From assembly GCA_951406725.2 (NCBI GenBank), contig OX597816.1, forward strand, positions 164,548,001 through 164,612,000: a DNA stretch of 64,000 nt, written 5' to 3'. The notes beneath the pieces are model-generated. The model did not search any database. It saw nothing but the letters and a program-made list of their open reading frames with translations, and was not told the DNA's origin. Position numbers and translations under genes: made by a program. This document shows positions 1 through 12,837 of this stretch, piece after piece. The number at the start of each line of letters is the position of its first letter. Position 1 is the first letter of the stretch. This DNA is from Octopus vulgaris (lineage: Eukaryota).

Positions 1-577
1 GTACTAGGCTAACAAAGTCCTGGAGTCAATTTGTTCGACAAAAGGCGGCACTCCAGTATGGCCTGAAACGAATAAAAGAAAAAACAAAACAAAAAAACAA
101 GTAAAAAAAACCCCGAATATTCTGTCCGACTTTCAACGCTGTTACAATAAAAGACTGCATCTGCCATGGCAAGATTTTCTGTTTAACCCGGCGCTCATTT
201 GAGACCATGGCGAAAATGTTGACCTATTTTCATGCTTGGCAATAATAAAGAGATTTTTAATGGCTTGGACTTTAAGCAGAGTTCAATAAAAACATCGCTG
301 ACAGTACAAACGACGTCTGCCGAAAATCCATTTGATCGCTTCGTGGATAAATAAATCGATGATTGGATTGCAGTTGGCAACGATATTGAATTAGCTCAAG
401 CGTCTTTCGGATCAGGGTATTATCGATCGTCTGGTCAATTGCGACAATCGATGTTTTATATTTGTTCTGACGAAGACAATGACAGAAGCGGAACAAACGA
501 AAACGCGTCTTGGTCAAAAGCTCAATCGCAATCGGATACAATTCTTTCTTCAGTTATTATTATTATTATTATTATTA

Positions 578-615
<38 letters not shown>

Positions 616-622
616 TCCCCAA

Positions 623-668
623 GACACCTGATGAAGGCTGGAGGGTATATCAACCGAAACGTTGTGTT
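623..668 (+). ncRNA. Minimal type I hammerhead motif (Penelope-like)
   Basis: GACAC CTGATGA A GGCTG...CAACC GAAA C GTT GTGTT. Stem I GACAC/GTGTT. The palindrome AACGTT replaces stem III (dimer type). Stem II has one mismatch. Confidence 0.55.
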
Positions 669-1094
669 AACAACAAACAAGATGAGGACAAATATCTATC
701 AAATGTAAATAATGTAAAGAATGTACATAATTCCTCATCTCTTAAATATAGAATTGTATAGACTTACTTTTTTCTTAGGAAAAATTGCATAGCTCTCTTG
801 TGTGACCCCTCTGTCCGGTATTCGTCATGATAGATCGCTAGCCACTCCCTGTTTATTTCTTGTCTTACTTTCTGTCAAAGAGCGTGGGCTCGAAACGTAA
901 AAGACTTTCTCACTTCTCGAGTGTTAAACCAGTTCACACCCGTTTTCGTCTTTTGTTTTTTTTTTTGTAAATTCTCACTATATATATATAAACACTTACA
1001 ACGCCCGGACTGGGAATCGAAACCGCGATCCTACGACCGTGAGTCCCCTGTCCTAACCATCAAGCCATTGCGCCTCCACACACACACACACACG

Positions 1095-1179
<85 letters not shown>

Positions 1180-1256
1180 CTAAGTATTAACTAAAGTAGG
1201 ATATAATTAATGAAATATATTATACACCCTGCTAGAAATTTGGTTACATCCTTTAA

Positions 1257-1319
<63 letters not shown>

Positions 1320-1323
1320 CATA

Positions 1324-1699
1324 CATGGTGATTCAAAAGTCGCCATACATAGGAATAATTTATCTTTTTAAAAGAAACAGTTTATAAGAACAGTTTTTTA
1401 AAAAAATTTAACAGGTTCTATATGGTTACTATTGTTTTGAATACACATTGCAGTACGTTTACCCTCACTCATAGTGAACTCATAATAGCACATCTGGTGA
1501 TACGGGAGCAAATGAGTTGGTGATGCATTCCTTCAAATGATTTATGTCTTTTACCTTTCCGCAATACCCCATACCTTTCAAATGCCCCCAAAGATAGAAA
1601 TCAAGAGGGGTTAAATCAGGGGATCTAGGGGATCTTATAAACTTTTTCTTATAAAAAAAATAATTTTTTCCTATGTATGGAGACTTTTGAATCACCCTG
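1324..1699 (-). mobile_element. Internally deleted Tc1/mariner (ITm) element
   Basis: 32-bp terminal inverted repeats (TIRs) CA(T/G)GGTGATTCAAAAGTC(G/T)CCATACATAGGAA, 30/32 match. TA on the left flank. Transposase C-terminal motif RSPDLTPLDFYLWGHLK. Confidence 0.88.
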
Positions 1700-1823
1700 T
1701 TTCTGAAACTCTGAGTCCTATTATGACAATTTACTGATTGTCCTAATCTATACATATATAAATTCCTCTATTTACCTAATATCAGACGACCAGAGGTGTT
1801 GAAGATGCAACATTGTTCCACAT

Positions 1824-1988
1824 AGGAGTGGCTGTGTGGTAAGTAGCTTGCTAACCAACCACATGGTTCTGGGTTCAATCCACTGCGTGGCATCTTGGGC
1901 AAGTGTCTTCTGCTATAGCTCCGGGCCGACCAATGCCTTGTGAGTGGATTTGGTAGACGGAAACTGAAAGAAGCCTGTCGTATATATG

Positions 1989-2021
<33 letters not shown>

Positions 2022-2240
2022 GTTTGTGTGTCTGTGTTTGTCCCCCTAGCATTGCTTGACAACCGATGCTGGTGTGTGTTTACGTCCCCGTAACTTAGCG
2101 GTTCGGCAAAAGAACCCGATGGAATAAGTACTGGGCTTACAAAGAATAAGTCCTGGGGTCGATTTGCTCGACTAAAGGCGGTGCTCCAGCATGGCCGCAG
2201 TCAACTGACTGAAACAAGTAAAAGAGTAAAAGAGTAAAGA
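1824..2240 (+). mobile_element. SINE family A (tRNA-like head, internal (TA)n/(TG)n, GAGTAAAA tail)
   Basis: A box TGGCTGTGTGG and B box GGTTCAATCC. More than 10 similar copies in the window. Confidence 0.85.
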
Positions 2241-2444
2241 GTATACCGAAGTGGCGGATGCAGGAGTGTTGCCCTAGTTGTCCAGGCGATACCTTTTCTA
2301 GCCGAACCGATCCCAAATACAATACTATTATTTTATTCTCAGCAGTTTCACAGCATTACTGTTTCATATGCAAATGGTCTGCTACAACAAAGTTTGAATA
2401 CATAAAAATGTGGCCATCTCTTACGAATTGAGATTCCCACCTTA

Positions 2445-2653
2445 TATACTCTTTTACTCTTTTACTTGTTTCAGTCGTTTGACTGCGGCCATGCTGGAGC
2501 ACCGCCTTTAATCGAACAAATCGACCCCAGGACTTATTCTTTGTAAGCCTAGTACTTATTCTATCGGTCGCTTTTGCCGAACCGCTAAGTGATGGGGACG
2601 TAAACACACCAGCATCGGTTGTCAAGCTATGTTGGAGGACAAACACAGACACA

Positions 2654-2715
<62 letters not shown>

Positions 2716-2930
2716 TACACACACACAAACACACAGACACACACACACATACATACATATATGCGACGGGATTCTTTCAGTTTCTGTCTACCAAATCCAC
2801 TCACAAGGCTTTGGTCGGCCCGAAGCTATAGTAGAAGACACTTACCCAAGGTGCCACGCAGTGGGACTGAACCCGGAACCATGTGGTTGGTAAGCAAGCT
2901 ACACTCCTTGCCTACTCCTGCGCCTATAGT
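2445..2930 (-). mobile_element. SINE family A
   Basis: Full reverse-complement copy of 1824-2240. Confidence 0.85.
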
Positions 2931-3134
2931 TTAGTTTTCGAAACATTTGGGCAACACCCTCGAAAAAAATCCTGGATCCTCCTCCACTGTGCCGCTCTCC
3001 TATTTATGATGTCACTGTTTGAGTTGTTAGAGAGATCAGTTACAGTCGACCCAAGGTAAATGAATTTAGCAACCCTGGATAACTGCTTTCCATTTTGCTA
3101 GGTCGATTGTTGTTTCGTCTGAGTTCATGCTGAT

Positions 3135-3550
3135 GGTGAGCTGGCAGAAACGTTAGCACGTCGGGCGAAATGCTTAGCAGTATTTCGGCTGCCGTTACGT
3201 TGTGAGTTCAAATTCCGCCGAGGTCGACTTTGCCCTTCATCCTTTCGGAGTCGATAAATTAAGTACCAGATACGCACTGGGATCGATGTAATCGACTTAA
3301 TACCTATGTCTGTCCTTGTTTGTCTTCTCTGTGTTTAGCCCCTTGTGGGTAATAAAGAAATAGGTATTTCGGCTGCCGTTACGTTGTGAGTTCAAATTCC
3401 GCCGAGGTCGACTTTGCCTTTCATCTTTTCGGAGTCGATAAATTAAGTACCAGATACGCACTGGGATCGATGTAATCGACTTAATACCTATGTCTGTCCT
3501 TGTTTGTCCCCTCTATGTTTAGCCCCTTGTGGGTAATAAAGAAATAGGTA
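3135..3550 (+). mobile_element. SINE family N (Deu/Nin-like central domain), partial tandem dimer
   Basis: GGTCGACTTTGCCTTTCATCCTTTCGGGGTCGATAAATTAAGTACCAG core occurs twice. It resembles the Deu/Nin SINE domain from recall. Confidence 0.75.
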
Positions 3551-4855
3551 ATGTACTCTGTCTTCGATTCGCTTATTTCTAGACCCACAGTCTTTGCATC
3601 TCGCATGACACGATCCAATTGGTCCTGTCCTTCCATGAAGCCAGGAGCAAAGAGAATATCACCTGCAAATGCGAGATAAGCCAACTTATGTGACTCTGGT
3701 ATGCGAATGCCATCCTCCGTATGGGTTGCAACTTTCATCACGTGATCCATAACCCCCCAAAATAGATTAGGTGCCAAAGTATCACCTAGCAGAATTCCAC
3801 TCTGAGGTGTAAAACCAGGGGACTGTTTTTCATTAACAAAGACACAGGCTGTTTGATGTTTATAAAGACATCTTATTACTGATGTTATCTTCGATGGTGT
3901 GGAGGCGCGTGGCTTAGTAGTTAGGGTGTTGGACTCATGATCTTAAGGTTGTGGTTTCGATTCCTGGACCGAGTGATGTGTAGTGTTCTTGAGCAAAACA
4001 CTTAATTTCACGTTGCTCCAGTCCACTCAGCTGGCAAAAATGAGTAAGCCTGCAACGGACCAGCGTCCCGTGCAGGTGGGGAATTTCAACGCTACTGTAA
4101 CCGGGAAACCGGCCCTTATGAGCCTGGCATGGCTCGAGAAGGAACACATATTAGTGGGGGCAAGTGGCTTAGTGGTTAGGGTGTCAGCATCATGATCGTA
4201 AGATTGTGGTTTCGATTCATGGACCGGGTGATGCGTTGTGATCTTGAGCAAAACACTTCATTTCACGTTGCTCCAGTCCACTCAACTGTCAAAAATGAGT
4301 AATCCTGCAATGGACTGGCGTCCCGTCCAGGTGGGGAATTTCTACGCCACTGAAACAGGGAAACCGGGCCTTATGAGCCTGGCATGTCTCGAGAAGGAAC
4401 ATATATTAGTGGAGGCGCGTGGCTTAGTGGTTAGGGTGTCAGCATCCTGATCGTAAGATCGTGGTTTCGATTCTTGGACCGGGTGACGCGTTGTGTTCTT
4501 GAGCAAAACCACTTCATTTCACGTTGCTCAGTCCACTCAGCTGGCAAAAATGAGTAATCCTGGGACGGACCTGCGTCCCGTCCAGGTGGAGAATTTCTAC
4601 GCCACTGAAACCGGGAAACCGGCCCTTATGAGCCTGGCATGGCTCGAAAAGGAACATTTATTATGATTATTTTTTTTTTATCTTCGATGGTATCCCTGCC
4701 GTTTCTGAGGGTCGGAAGCATCGCGGTTCTGTTGACGCTGTCGAATGGTTTTCGAAAGTCTATGAACAGCGCGACTATAGGGAGACACCACTCAAAGCAC
4801 GTCTCCAGGACCCTCTTCAACGTGTGATTTTGTTCAATGCAACTAGGGTTCATTC
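3551..4855 (-). pseudogene. RTE-clade LINE reverse-transcriptase fragment, split by a SINE trimer
   Basis: 4680-4855 encodes ...LPIVALFIDFRKPFDSVNR. 3551-3890 encodes ...LAFAGDI...VGLEISESKTEY. Both are degenerate RT motifs on the same strand. Confidence 0.8.
3899..4677 (+). mobile_element. Head-to-tail trimer of tRNA-derived SINE family C
   Basis: Three units of about 255 bp start at about 3899, 4153 and 4408, each with A box TGGCTTAGT(A/G)G and B box GGTTTCGATTC. One 14-bp TSD TTATCTTCGATGGT at 3885-3898 and 4678-4691. Confidence 0.88.
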
Positions 4856-4884
4856 TAAAGAACACACACACACACACACACACA

Positions 4885-4923
<39 letters not shown>

Positions 4924-4942
4924 GCACACACACACACACACG

Positions 4943-4973
<31 letters not shown>

Positions 4974-5591
4974 TTTTATGCGTTTCAGGCAAAAGGTTGC
5001 GACCCTGCTGGGGCACTGACTGTATACATGTACATCTCTAAATGCTTAGCTGATTTCGTTTGAATGATTTTGTATTTGCGTTGTCCTTGAGGTAAATAAA
5101 AAAAATACAGATTATTTAGTAGTATTAGTAGTAGTAGTAGTAGTAGTAGTATTTGTTGTTGTTATTTGGTATTGTCGAACACGCTTCCTGATTATTTTAT
5201 AATTCAAGACAGGACATCTTAATCAAACACGAGAGAGGGAGGGAGGAAGAGAGAGGGAGAGAGAGGGAGAGAGAGGGAGGAAGAAAGAGAGAGAGAGGAA
5301 GAGAGAGTGAGTGAGAGAGCGTGAGTAAAAGAGAGAGGGGGAGGAAGAGAGAGAGAGAAACGGAATCTGCTGACGCCGAATGCTTTTTTGCCATTTTCCT
5401 TCCTTCTTTTTTTTCCGATCAGTATGTTTCAATGTGTATAGACATGTGTGTTTATGTGTGTGTGCACGTGTATGTTCGTATGTGTGTATGTGTGTGTGTG
5501 TGTGTGCGTGTGTGTGTGTGCATGTATGAGTGCGTCTTTAGTCAGGTATTTTGTACTTCTAAATTATTTCTTTGAATGTCGCATATGTATG

Positions 5592-5633
<42 letters not shown>

Positions 5634-6360
5634 TGTGCGGTTTCGTGTGTATGTGCATGTGAATGTGCACCTATGTAAGTGTGTGTATGCGTGTGTGTGT
5701 GTGTATCTGTGCATGTGTATGTGTATGTGTATGCGTGTGTATGCGTGTAGGCATGTATATACGTACGTATTTTTATTTGTGCTTCCATGTATGTGTAATT
5801 TGTCTGAAGTACTATATATACATACATACATATATTCATATATATTCATGTAAATATATATATATAAATATATATAAATATATATATTCATATAAATATA
5901 TATATGAATATATATATATATATTCATATATATATATATATATTCATATATATATATATATTCATATATATATTTATATATATGAATATATATGAATATA
6001 TGAATATATATATATATATATATATACATATATACCTAATGCCTTCCTTTTTTGATGTTCTTGCAGTCTTCCTTTCTTCTTTTTGTCTTTCCTTTCTTCT
6101 CCTGTCTGTCTCCCGACTCTCTCCCCCTCCTTCACTCTCCTTCTCTCTTCCTCCCTCTGCTTCTCTCTCCCCCCCCCCTCTCTCTCTCGGGCCACTCACT
6201 GTCCTCCAAGCTGGGAGACAGATCACTGAATTGGAAAGACATTACTGTTTCCGGTAAGGCGAATCTGTTTAGACACGATAACAAATAAATCCTCAATGTT
6301 TACATAATGCTGTCTGTCAGCTCAAACCATTCTCTCTCTCTCTCTCTCCCTGTCACTCTC

Positions 6361-6406
<46 letters not shown>

Positions 6407-6626
6407 CCTCTCTCTCTCTGCCTGCTCTATATTTTATTTGATTTTATTATATTTAAATTTTTTTTTTCACAAACAAGTTGGAAAGACCTGGGTCAACCTT
6501 TCTTTTCCATAAACCTTCGTTAGATGTTCTCTTCTAGTTTCGCTGGAGTCGGCACATTGATTTGATCTCTCTCCCTCTCTCTTTCCCTCTCCCCCTCTCT
6601 CTTTCCCTCTCTCCCCTCTCTCTCAT

Positions 6627-6710
<84 letters not shown>

Positions 6711-6755
6711 CTTCTACCTACCTTTCTATCTGGCAATCTATTTATCTGTATGTGC

Positions 6756-6809
<54 letters not shown>

Positions 6810-7080
6810 TCATATACCAGGCGAACGCATGCATCCAAAATTCAGAATAGCAACAGAGTGAATCATCAAAATGGAACAAAGCAACACACACTAATGCACC
6901 ACTTCGTGTATTGAATACGATTTCTCTTCTGTGTTCATTGAGGAGTCATTCCACATCGGAACAGACGCATCTGATGAGTGCATGTGTGTAGTACTCTGCA
7001 TGAAACTGGCAGCTGTGTATGCTGTTTTGCTTCTGCAATCGTTATATGAAACTATATGCGTGCATGTCTACATGTAAATA

Positions 7081-7460
7081 GTGGGGGCGTAATGACACAG
7101 TGCTTAGGGCAGCGAACTCGCGGTCAGAGGATCGCGGTTTCAATTCCAAGACCGGGCGTTGTAAGTGTTTACTGAGCGAAAACACCCTAAGCTCCACGAG
7201 GCTCCGGCAGGGGGATGGTGGCGAGCCCTGCTGTACTCTTTCACCACAACTTTCACTCCTTGTTCCTGTTTCTGTTGTACCTGTATTTCAAAGGGCCAGC
7301 TTTGTCACACTCTGTGTCACGCAGAATCTCCCCGAAAACTACGTTAAGGGTACACGTGTCTGTGGAGTGCTCAGCCAATTGCATGTTAATTTCACGAGCA
7401 GGCTGTTCTGTAGATTAGATCAACTGGAATCCTCGTCGTCGTAAGCGACGGAGTCCACGA
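7081..7460 (+). mobile_element. SINE family B (tRNA head, RTE-like tail)
   Basis: Homologous to 50673-51060 and 11205-11573. Confidence 0.8.
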
Positions 7461-8289
7461 CATATAAACGTATGAGTATGTAAGTGTGTGTGTCCGCGCG
7501 CGTGTGGCAGGAACGGTCGCGGGCATGGTTGTGTGTCAAAGAAATTTGCTTCGCAGGTAAGTAGTTTCAGGTTCATTTCCACTCCTAGGAAACTAATGAT
7601 TTACAAGCGAAAATTGTGCGGAAGCCTGTCGTTTATATATATGTATGTTTTCACATTTTATGTAGAGATCCCAGAATTTATTCATATCCAGAACATACTT
7701 AAGGTATTGTTCGGGTCCTTTCTCAGTTTTCAACGGAGCTACCGCTTCTCGATTCACAGAACTGGGGATTCTTCTGCTACCAGTTGCAATAAATGCTAGC
7801 TGAGAGGTCTTCGGACTAGTCTGTCATTAAAAGTGAAGCTCGTAGAACAGACCATTCAAACAAAGGAATCTACCCGCTTTGCAACCGACCATCTCTATCT
7901 CTGATTCCTTACTAAACCTTAATGATTCTACATTAATTGCCCTTTTCAGAGAGTAGCATCATTTGTTGTTGACGATTGCTCCCGTCAACGCTCGCTTATG
8001 CGGTCTCTGTAGGTCTATCTAGGTCGACCTGCACACATCACAAATTTTTATTCTGTGTAGTCGATGATTTTGAATTGTGGGCAGTCTACGATGTTCCTGT
8101 CTTCTGGTCTACAGAATAGTCTGTCTCACCAAGAATGCTTTATAACATATTGATGATAATCCTATATGCAAAGATTTTTGTATATCCGTATGCTGTGACA
8201 TTTGCAGTATGCCAGCGAAAAGCGACCTTTAATATATACGCATGTATGCATGTATACACACACGCACACACACACACACATATATATAT

Positions 8290-9195
8290 ATATTTGCTGA
8301 TGACACTAAGCTCCAGAAAATCATCAATGAAGAAGAAGACCGAACTCAACTCCAGTCTGATATATATGCGGTAAGTCAATGAGCAAACAAGAAGAAAATA
8401 CAACTAAACGAGGGAAAATTTGAGCTGATGCATTTTGGAAGAAAGACTATACTAAAACAGCCATACTCTCTTCCTTCAGGGGAACCCTCACAGCATCAAA
8501 TAATATCAGAGACCTAGAAGTAATTGTTGATAACAACCTCAGTTGAAGTGCCACATCAACGATAAGGTCGATATGGCTTGAAGGATGAGCTCCCGGATCT
8601 TAAGAACCTTCCGGTCCAGAGATCAAGGTGTCATCATTCCACTTTTCTCCTCCTTTGTACGGCCACACCTCGAATACTGCTGCCCCCTGTGGTCTCCCCC
8701 TACAAAACAAAACATCTCGAAAACTGAATCACCCCAGAGGGCATTCGCTAAACGAATTAAGAGCATGACTGGTCTCGATTGAAGCCTTGAAACTCTACTC
8801 TATCCAGCATCACCGCGAGCAGTACATCATTTGCACGATGTGGAGAATGTACCGCCAGCATTGCCCAAACGACCTGAACATTAGCTTCAAAGTTAATCCA
8901 AGGCTGGTACCACGGACCATGATCACAACATATAGGTACACTGCGACACAATTTCTTTTCCTCAACAGGCCTTGCCCTGTTTAACATTGTCCCAAAACTG
9001 ATCAAAGAGGAAAAGGATCCCATCACCTTTAAACGGCGTCTGGACAAGCCACCTATACATGGATACAATCACTCAGCAAGAAATCCCTACTCGAATGGTC
9101 CATGATGCCACAAATCTTGGCTTAAAAAAGAATTTATATAGTCCTATCAGGTGGTGCTGTCATTTAGACATGACCGGGACCAATCTTTGCTCGAA
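8290..9195 (+). pseudogene. CR1/L2-group LINE ORF2 3' fragment
   Basis: FADDTK, IRDLEVIVD and VRPHLEYCCPLWSP motifs with stops and frameshifts. It ends at a (TA)n run. Confidence 0.85.
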
Positions 9196-9208
9196 GTTTA
9201 TCCAAGTT

Positions 9209-9292
<84 letters not shown>

Positions 9293-9388
9293 ATATACAT
9301 ATACATACATACATACATACATATATATATATATATAAAAATTAAAAATTGTATAATACAGCAGCATTTTCGAACTTCATTTTTTACA

Positions 9389-9435
<47 letters not shown>

Positions 9436-9473
9436 TATATATATATAAATATATATAAATATATATATATATA

Positions 9474-9505
<32 letters not shown>

Positions 9506-9675
9506 CACACACACATATGCTATACCATGGGGTAATTCGCAGGGACTCTGTAGTGACAAACGGCCTGTCTTGCGTAATTCAGACTTCGTGAAACTCAAGT
9601 CATTCTAGCTTTGACTGTTGTCGATTTTTTCCAGGGAGAAAGAGCCAAACGGAAAGTATGAGTCGAGGAGAGTGG

Positions 9676-9722
<47 letters not shown>

Positions 9723-10034
9723 ATAAACGTAGAGAAGAAGAGAAAGAGAGAGGGGGGAAAAGTAGAATCGAATTTGTTGAGATTTGAACTTGGGTTTCCA
9801 AGTGAATCCTTGAGGGCGTTTTTAGCCAATCCACGGTCCTGATATCAATATAGGAGCAATAATAATACTTTCTACTAAAGGTACAAGGCCTGAAATTTTG
9901 GGGAAGAGGGTAAGTCGATTACATCGATCCTAGTATTTGACTGGTATTTATTCCATCGGCCCTTGAAAGGATGAAAAACAAAGTGGACCTGGGCGGAATT
10001 TGAACTTACAAATTAAAGACGGACGAAATACCGA

Positions 10035-10335
10035 TAAGCACATTGCTTGTTGCTTGTTGCTGATGATGATGATGATGATGATGATGAAGACGATGATGAT
10101 GAGAAAGAGGAGGAGAACGACGACGACGATGACGATGACGACGACGAAGATGACAATGATGATGATGATGATGGTGATGGTGGTGATGATAATGATGACG
10201 ATGATGATGATGATGAGGCGGTGGTGGTGGTGGTGGTGGTGGAGGAGGAGGAGGAGGGAGGAGGAGAAGGGCGACGACGACGGCGATGATGATGACGACA
10301 TTGATGATGAGGATGGTGATGATTGACGACGATGC
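10035..10335. repeat. Compound trinucleotide repeat (GAT/GAC/GGT/GAG)
   Basis: Directly visible. It produces spurious poly-D/M/S/H ORFs. Confidence 0.9.
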
Positions 10336-10349
10336 TGATGTTGATAATA

Positions 10350-11205
10350 ATCCTTTCTAATATAGGCACAAGGCCTGAAATTGGGGGTGGGGGGGATAAG
10401 TCGATTACATCGACCCCAGTACTCAACTGGTACTTAATCTATCGACTCCGAAAGGATGAAAGGCAAAGTCGATCTCGGTGGAATTTGAACTCAGAACGTA
10501 GTGACGGGCTCCAACAAAACCTTGATAAAGAAGAAGAAGAAGAAGAAGAAGAAGAAGAAGAAGAAGAAGAAGAAGAAGAAGAAGAAGAAGAAGAAATCCT
10601 TTCTAATATAGGCACAAGGCCTGAAATTTTGGAGGTGGGGACCAGTCGATTACATCGACCCCAGTACGCAACTAGTACTTAATTTATCGACCCCGAAAGG
10701 ATGAAAGGCAAAGTCGACCTCGGCGGAATTTAAACTCAGAACATAGCGGCAGATGAAATACCTATTTCTTTACTACCCACAAAGGGCTAAACACAGAGAG
10801 GACAAACAAGGACAGACAAACGGATTAAGTCGATTATATCGACCCCAGTCTCCTACTGGTACTTATTTTATCGACCCTGAAAGGATGAACGACAAAGTCG
10901 ACCTCGGCGAAATTTGAACTCAGAACGTAACGGCAGACGAAATACCTATTTCTTTACTACCCACAAGGGGCTAAACACAGAGAGGACAAACAAGGACAGA
11001 CAAACGGATTAAGTCGATTATATCGACCCCAGTGTGTAACTGGTACTTATTTAATCGACCACGAAAGAATGAAAGGCAAAGATGATCTCGGCGGAATTTG
11101 AACTCAGAACGTAGCGACGGGCGAAATACCTATTTCTTTACTACCCACAAGGGGCTAAACACAGAGAGGACAAAAAAGGACAGACAAACGGATTAAGTCG
11201 ATTAC
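10350..11205 (-). mobile_element. Tandem cluster of SINE family N units, with a (GAA)n insert
   Basis: Repeated blocks GAAAGGATGAAAGGCAAAGTCGACCTCGGCGGAATTTGAACTCAGAAC and CCACAAGGGGCTAAACACAGAGAGGACAAAC. Confidence 0.8.
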
Positions 11206-11573
11206 GACGATGAGGGTTCCGGTTGATCCGAATCAACGGAACCTGCTCGTGAAATTAACGTGTAAGTGGCTGAGCACTCCACAGACACGTGTACCCTTAA
11301 CGTAGCTCTCGGGGATATTCAGCGTGACACAGAGAGTGACAAGGCCGGCCCTTTAAAATACAGGTACAACAGAAACAGGAACAAAGAGTGACAGAAAGTT
11401 GTGGTGAAAGAGTACAGCAGGGATCACCACCAACCCCTGCCGGAGCCTCGTGGAGCTTTTTTAGGTGTTTTCGCTCAATAAACACTCACTCACAGCGCCC
11501 GGTCTGGGAATCGAAACCGCGATCCTACGACCGCGAGTCCGCTGCCCTAACCACTAGGCCATTGCGCCTCCAC
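11205..11573 (-). mobile_element. SINE family B
   Basis: Near-identical to 50673-51060. Confidence 0.85.
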
Positions 11574-12240
11574 AATGGCGATGTTGACGACTACGACTAC
11601 GACGACGATGACGACGGCTACGATGATATATTTATGTTATTTATTCATTTATTAATTATTTATTTATTTTCCCTTTTTATTTCCACCGATGGCTGATCGG
11701 TTTGTGAAGAGAAAGCTCTTAAGAGAAGAGCATATACGTAGGGTTGCGCAGAAAGAAAGTCATGCTGCTTCTCCCGTGACCCACTTACGCAGCAACTCTT
11801 CTGCCTGTGAGACGCAAATAGCTATCCGTATGACCGGAACCACAGCATGTCAATTCCTGGGAACAATTTCATCCATATCTCCCTTTCGGCAACCTCATTT
11901 TAAATTTCCGTTTTCCATTCCAGCCAGAACCAGCTGCCGCGATACCAAGAAATCGCCACAGCTGGTCATATCATTGTCATCACCGCTGTAATTATAGGCT
12001 ACTTGCTGTCTTTCACCTCTTCAAATTGCTTCGTCTAATTCTCTCTCTAGCGTTTTCACTGAGGTTTTCGTCTTTTTCTTTCTACCCCTCTTTTTCTTTT
12101 TTTTTCTTTTTTTTTCATTTAATTTTCTTGCTTTCCTCGTTTACACCCAGACACACATACACACACACACGCGGAAAGGGAGGGATTCAGGGAGAGAGAT
12201 AGAGAGAGAGAGATAGAGAGAGAGAGGGAAAGAGAGAAAG

Positions 12241-12271
<31 letters not shown>

Positions 12272-12342
12272 AGGCAATATAAACACACACAAATGCATAG
12301 ATACAAATACCATTTATATATATATATATATATATGTATATG

Positions 12343-12374
<32 letters not shown>

Positions 12375-12414
12375 TGTATATGTGAGTACGTATGTATGTA
12401 TCTATTTATGTAAG

Positions 12415-12463
<49 letters not shown>

Positions 12464-12528
12464 TATATATATATATATATGTATGCATATAGATATGTAT
12501 GTATATATACCCATATATATTGGTATAT

Positions 12529-12565
<37 letters not shown>

Positions 12566-12566
<1 letters not shown>

Positions 12567-12792
12567 TTTATTTTAAGCAGCAGAAAATTCAACAAAATCT
12601 GTTACTCTGAGTTTCTCGTTGCCGTTCATCAGACAGTTTTTGCTAGCAAAAACTGTCTGATGAACGGCAACGAGAAACTCAGAGTAACAGATTTTGTTGA
12701 ATTTTCTGCTGCTTAAAATAAAGCATATTACTCTACCACTGGTATTTGAGTACTCTTTTTTCCACCTTGTTTCACATTTATGTGTTTACTCC

Positions 12793-12795
<3 letters not shown>
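12566..12795 (+). mobile_element. Penelope-like element remnant with inverted pseudo-LTR, embedded in (TA)n
   Basis: Perfect 79-bp-arm palindrome at 12566-12723 holding a hammerhead motif and AATAAA, then a TACTC...GAGTA hairpin tail. (TA)n on both sides. Confidence 0.65.
12653..12690 (+). ncRNA. Minimal type I hammerhead motif (mirror copy on the minus strand at 12599-12636)
   Basis: CTGT CTGATGA A-CG-GCAA-CG-A GAAA CTC-A-GAG TA ACAG. Stem I CTGT/ACAG, GNRA-capped stem II with an A.A mismatch at its base, palindromic stem III, GUA site. Confidence 0.6.

Positions 12796-12837
<42 letters not shown>

Noticed and set aside
3899-3975. tRNA gene-like sequences (also near 24209 and 50985-51060)
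   Set aside because: A and B boxes are present, but there is no complete acceptor stem and each runs into a SINE body with a TSD. They are SINE heads.
11689-11991. 100-aa ORF in unique sequence (similar cases at 32397-32786 and 50233-50701)
   Set aside because: No recognisable domain and no consistent splice structure. Such ORFs are expected by chance.
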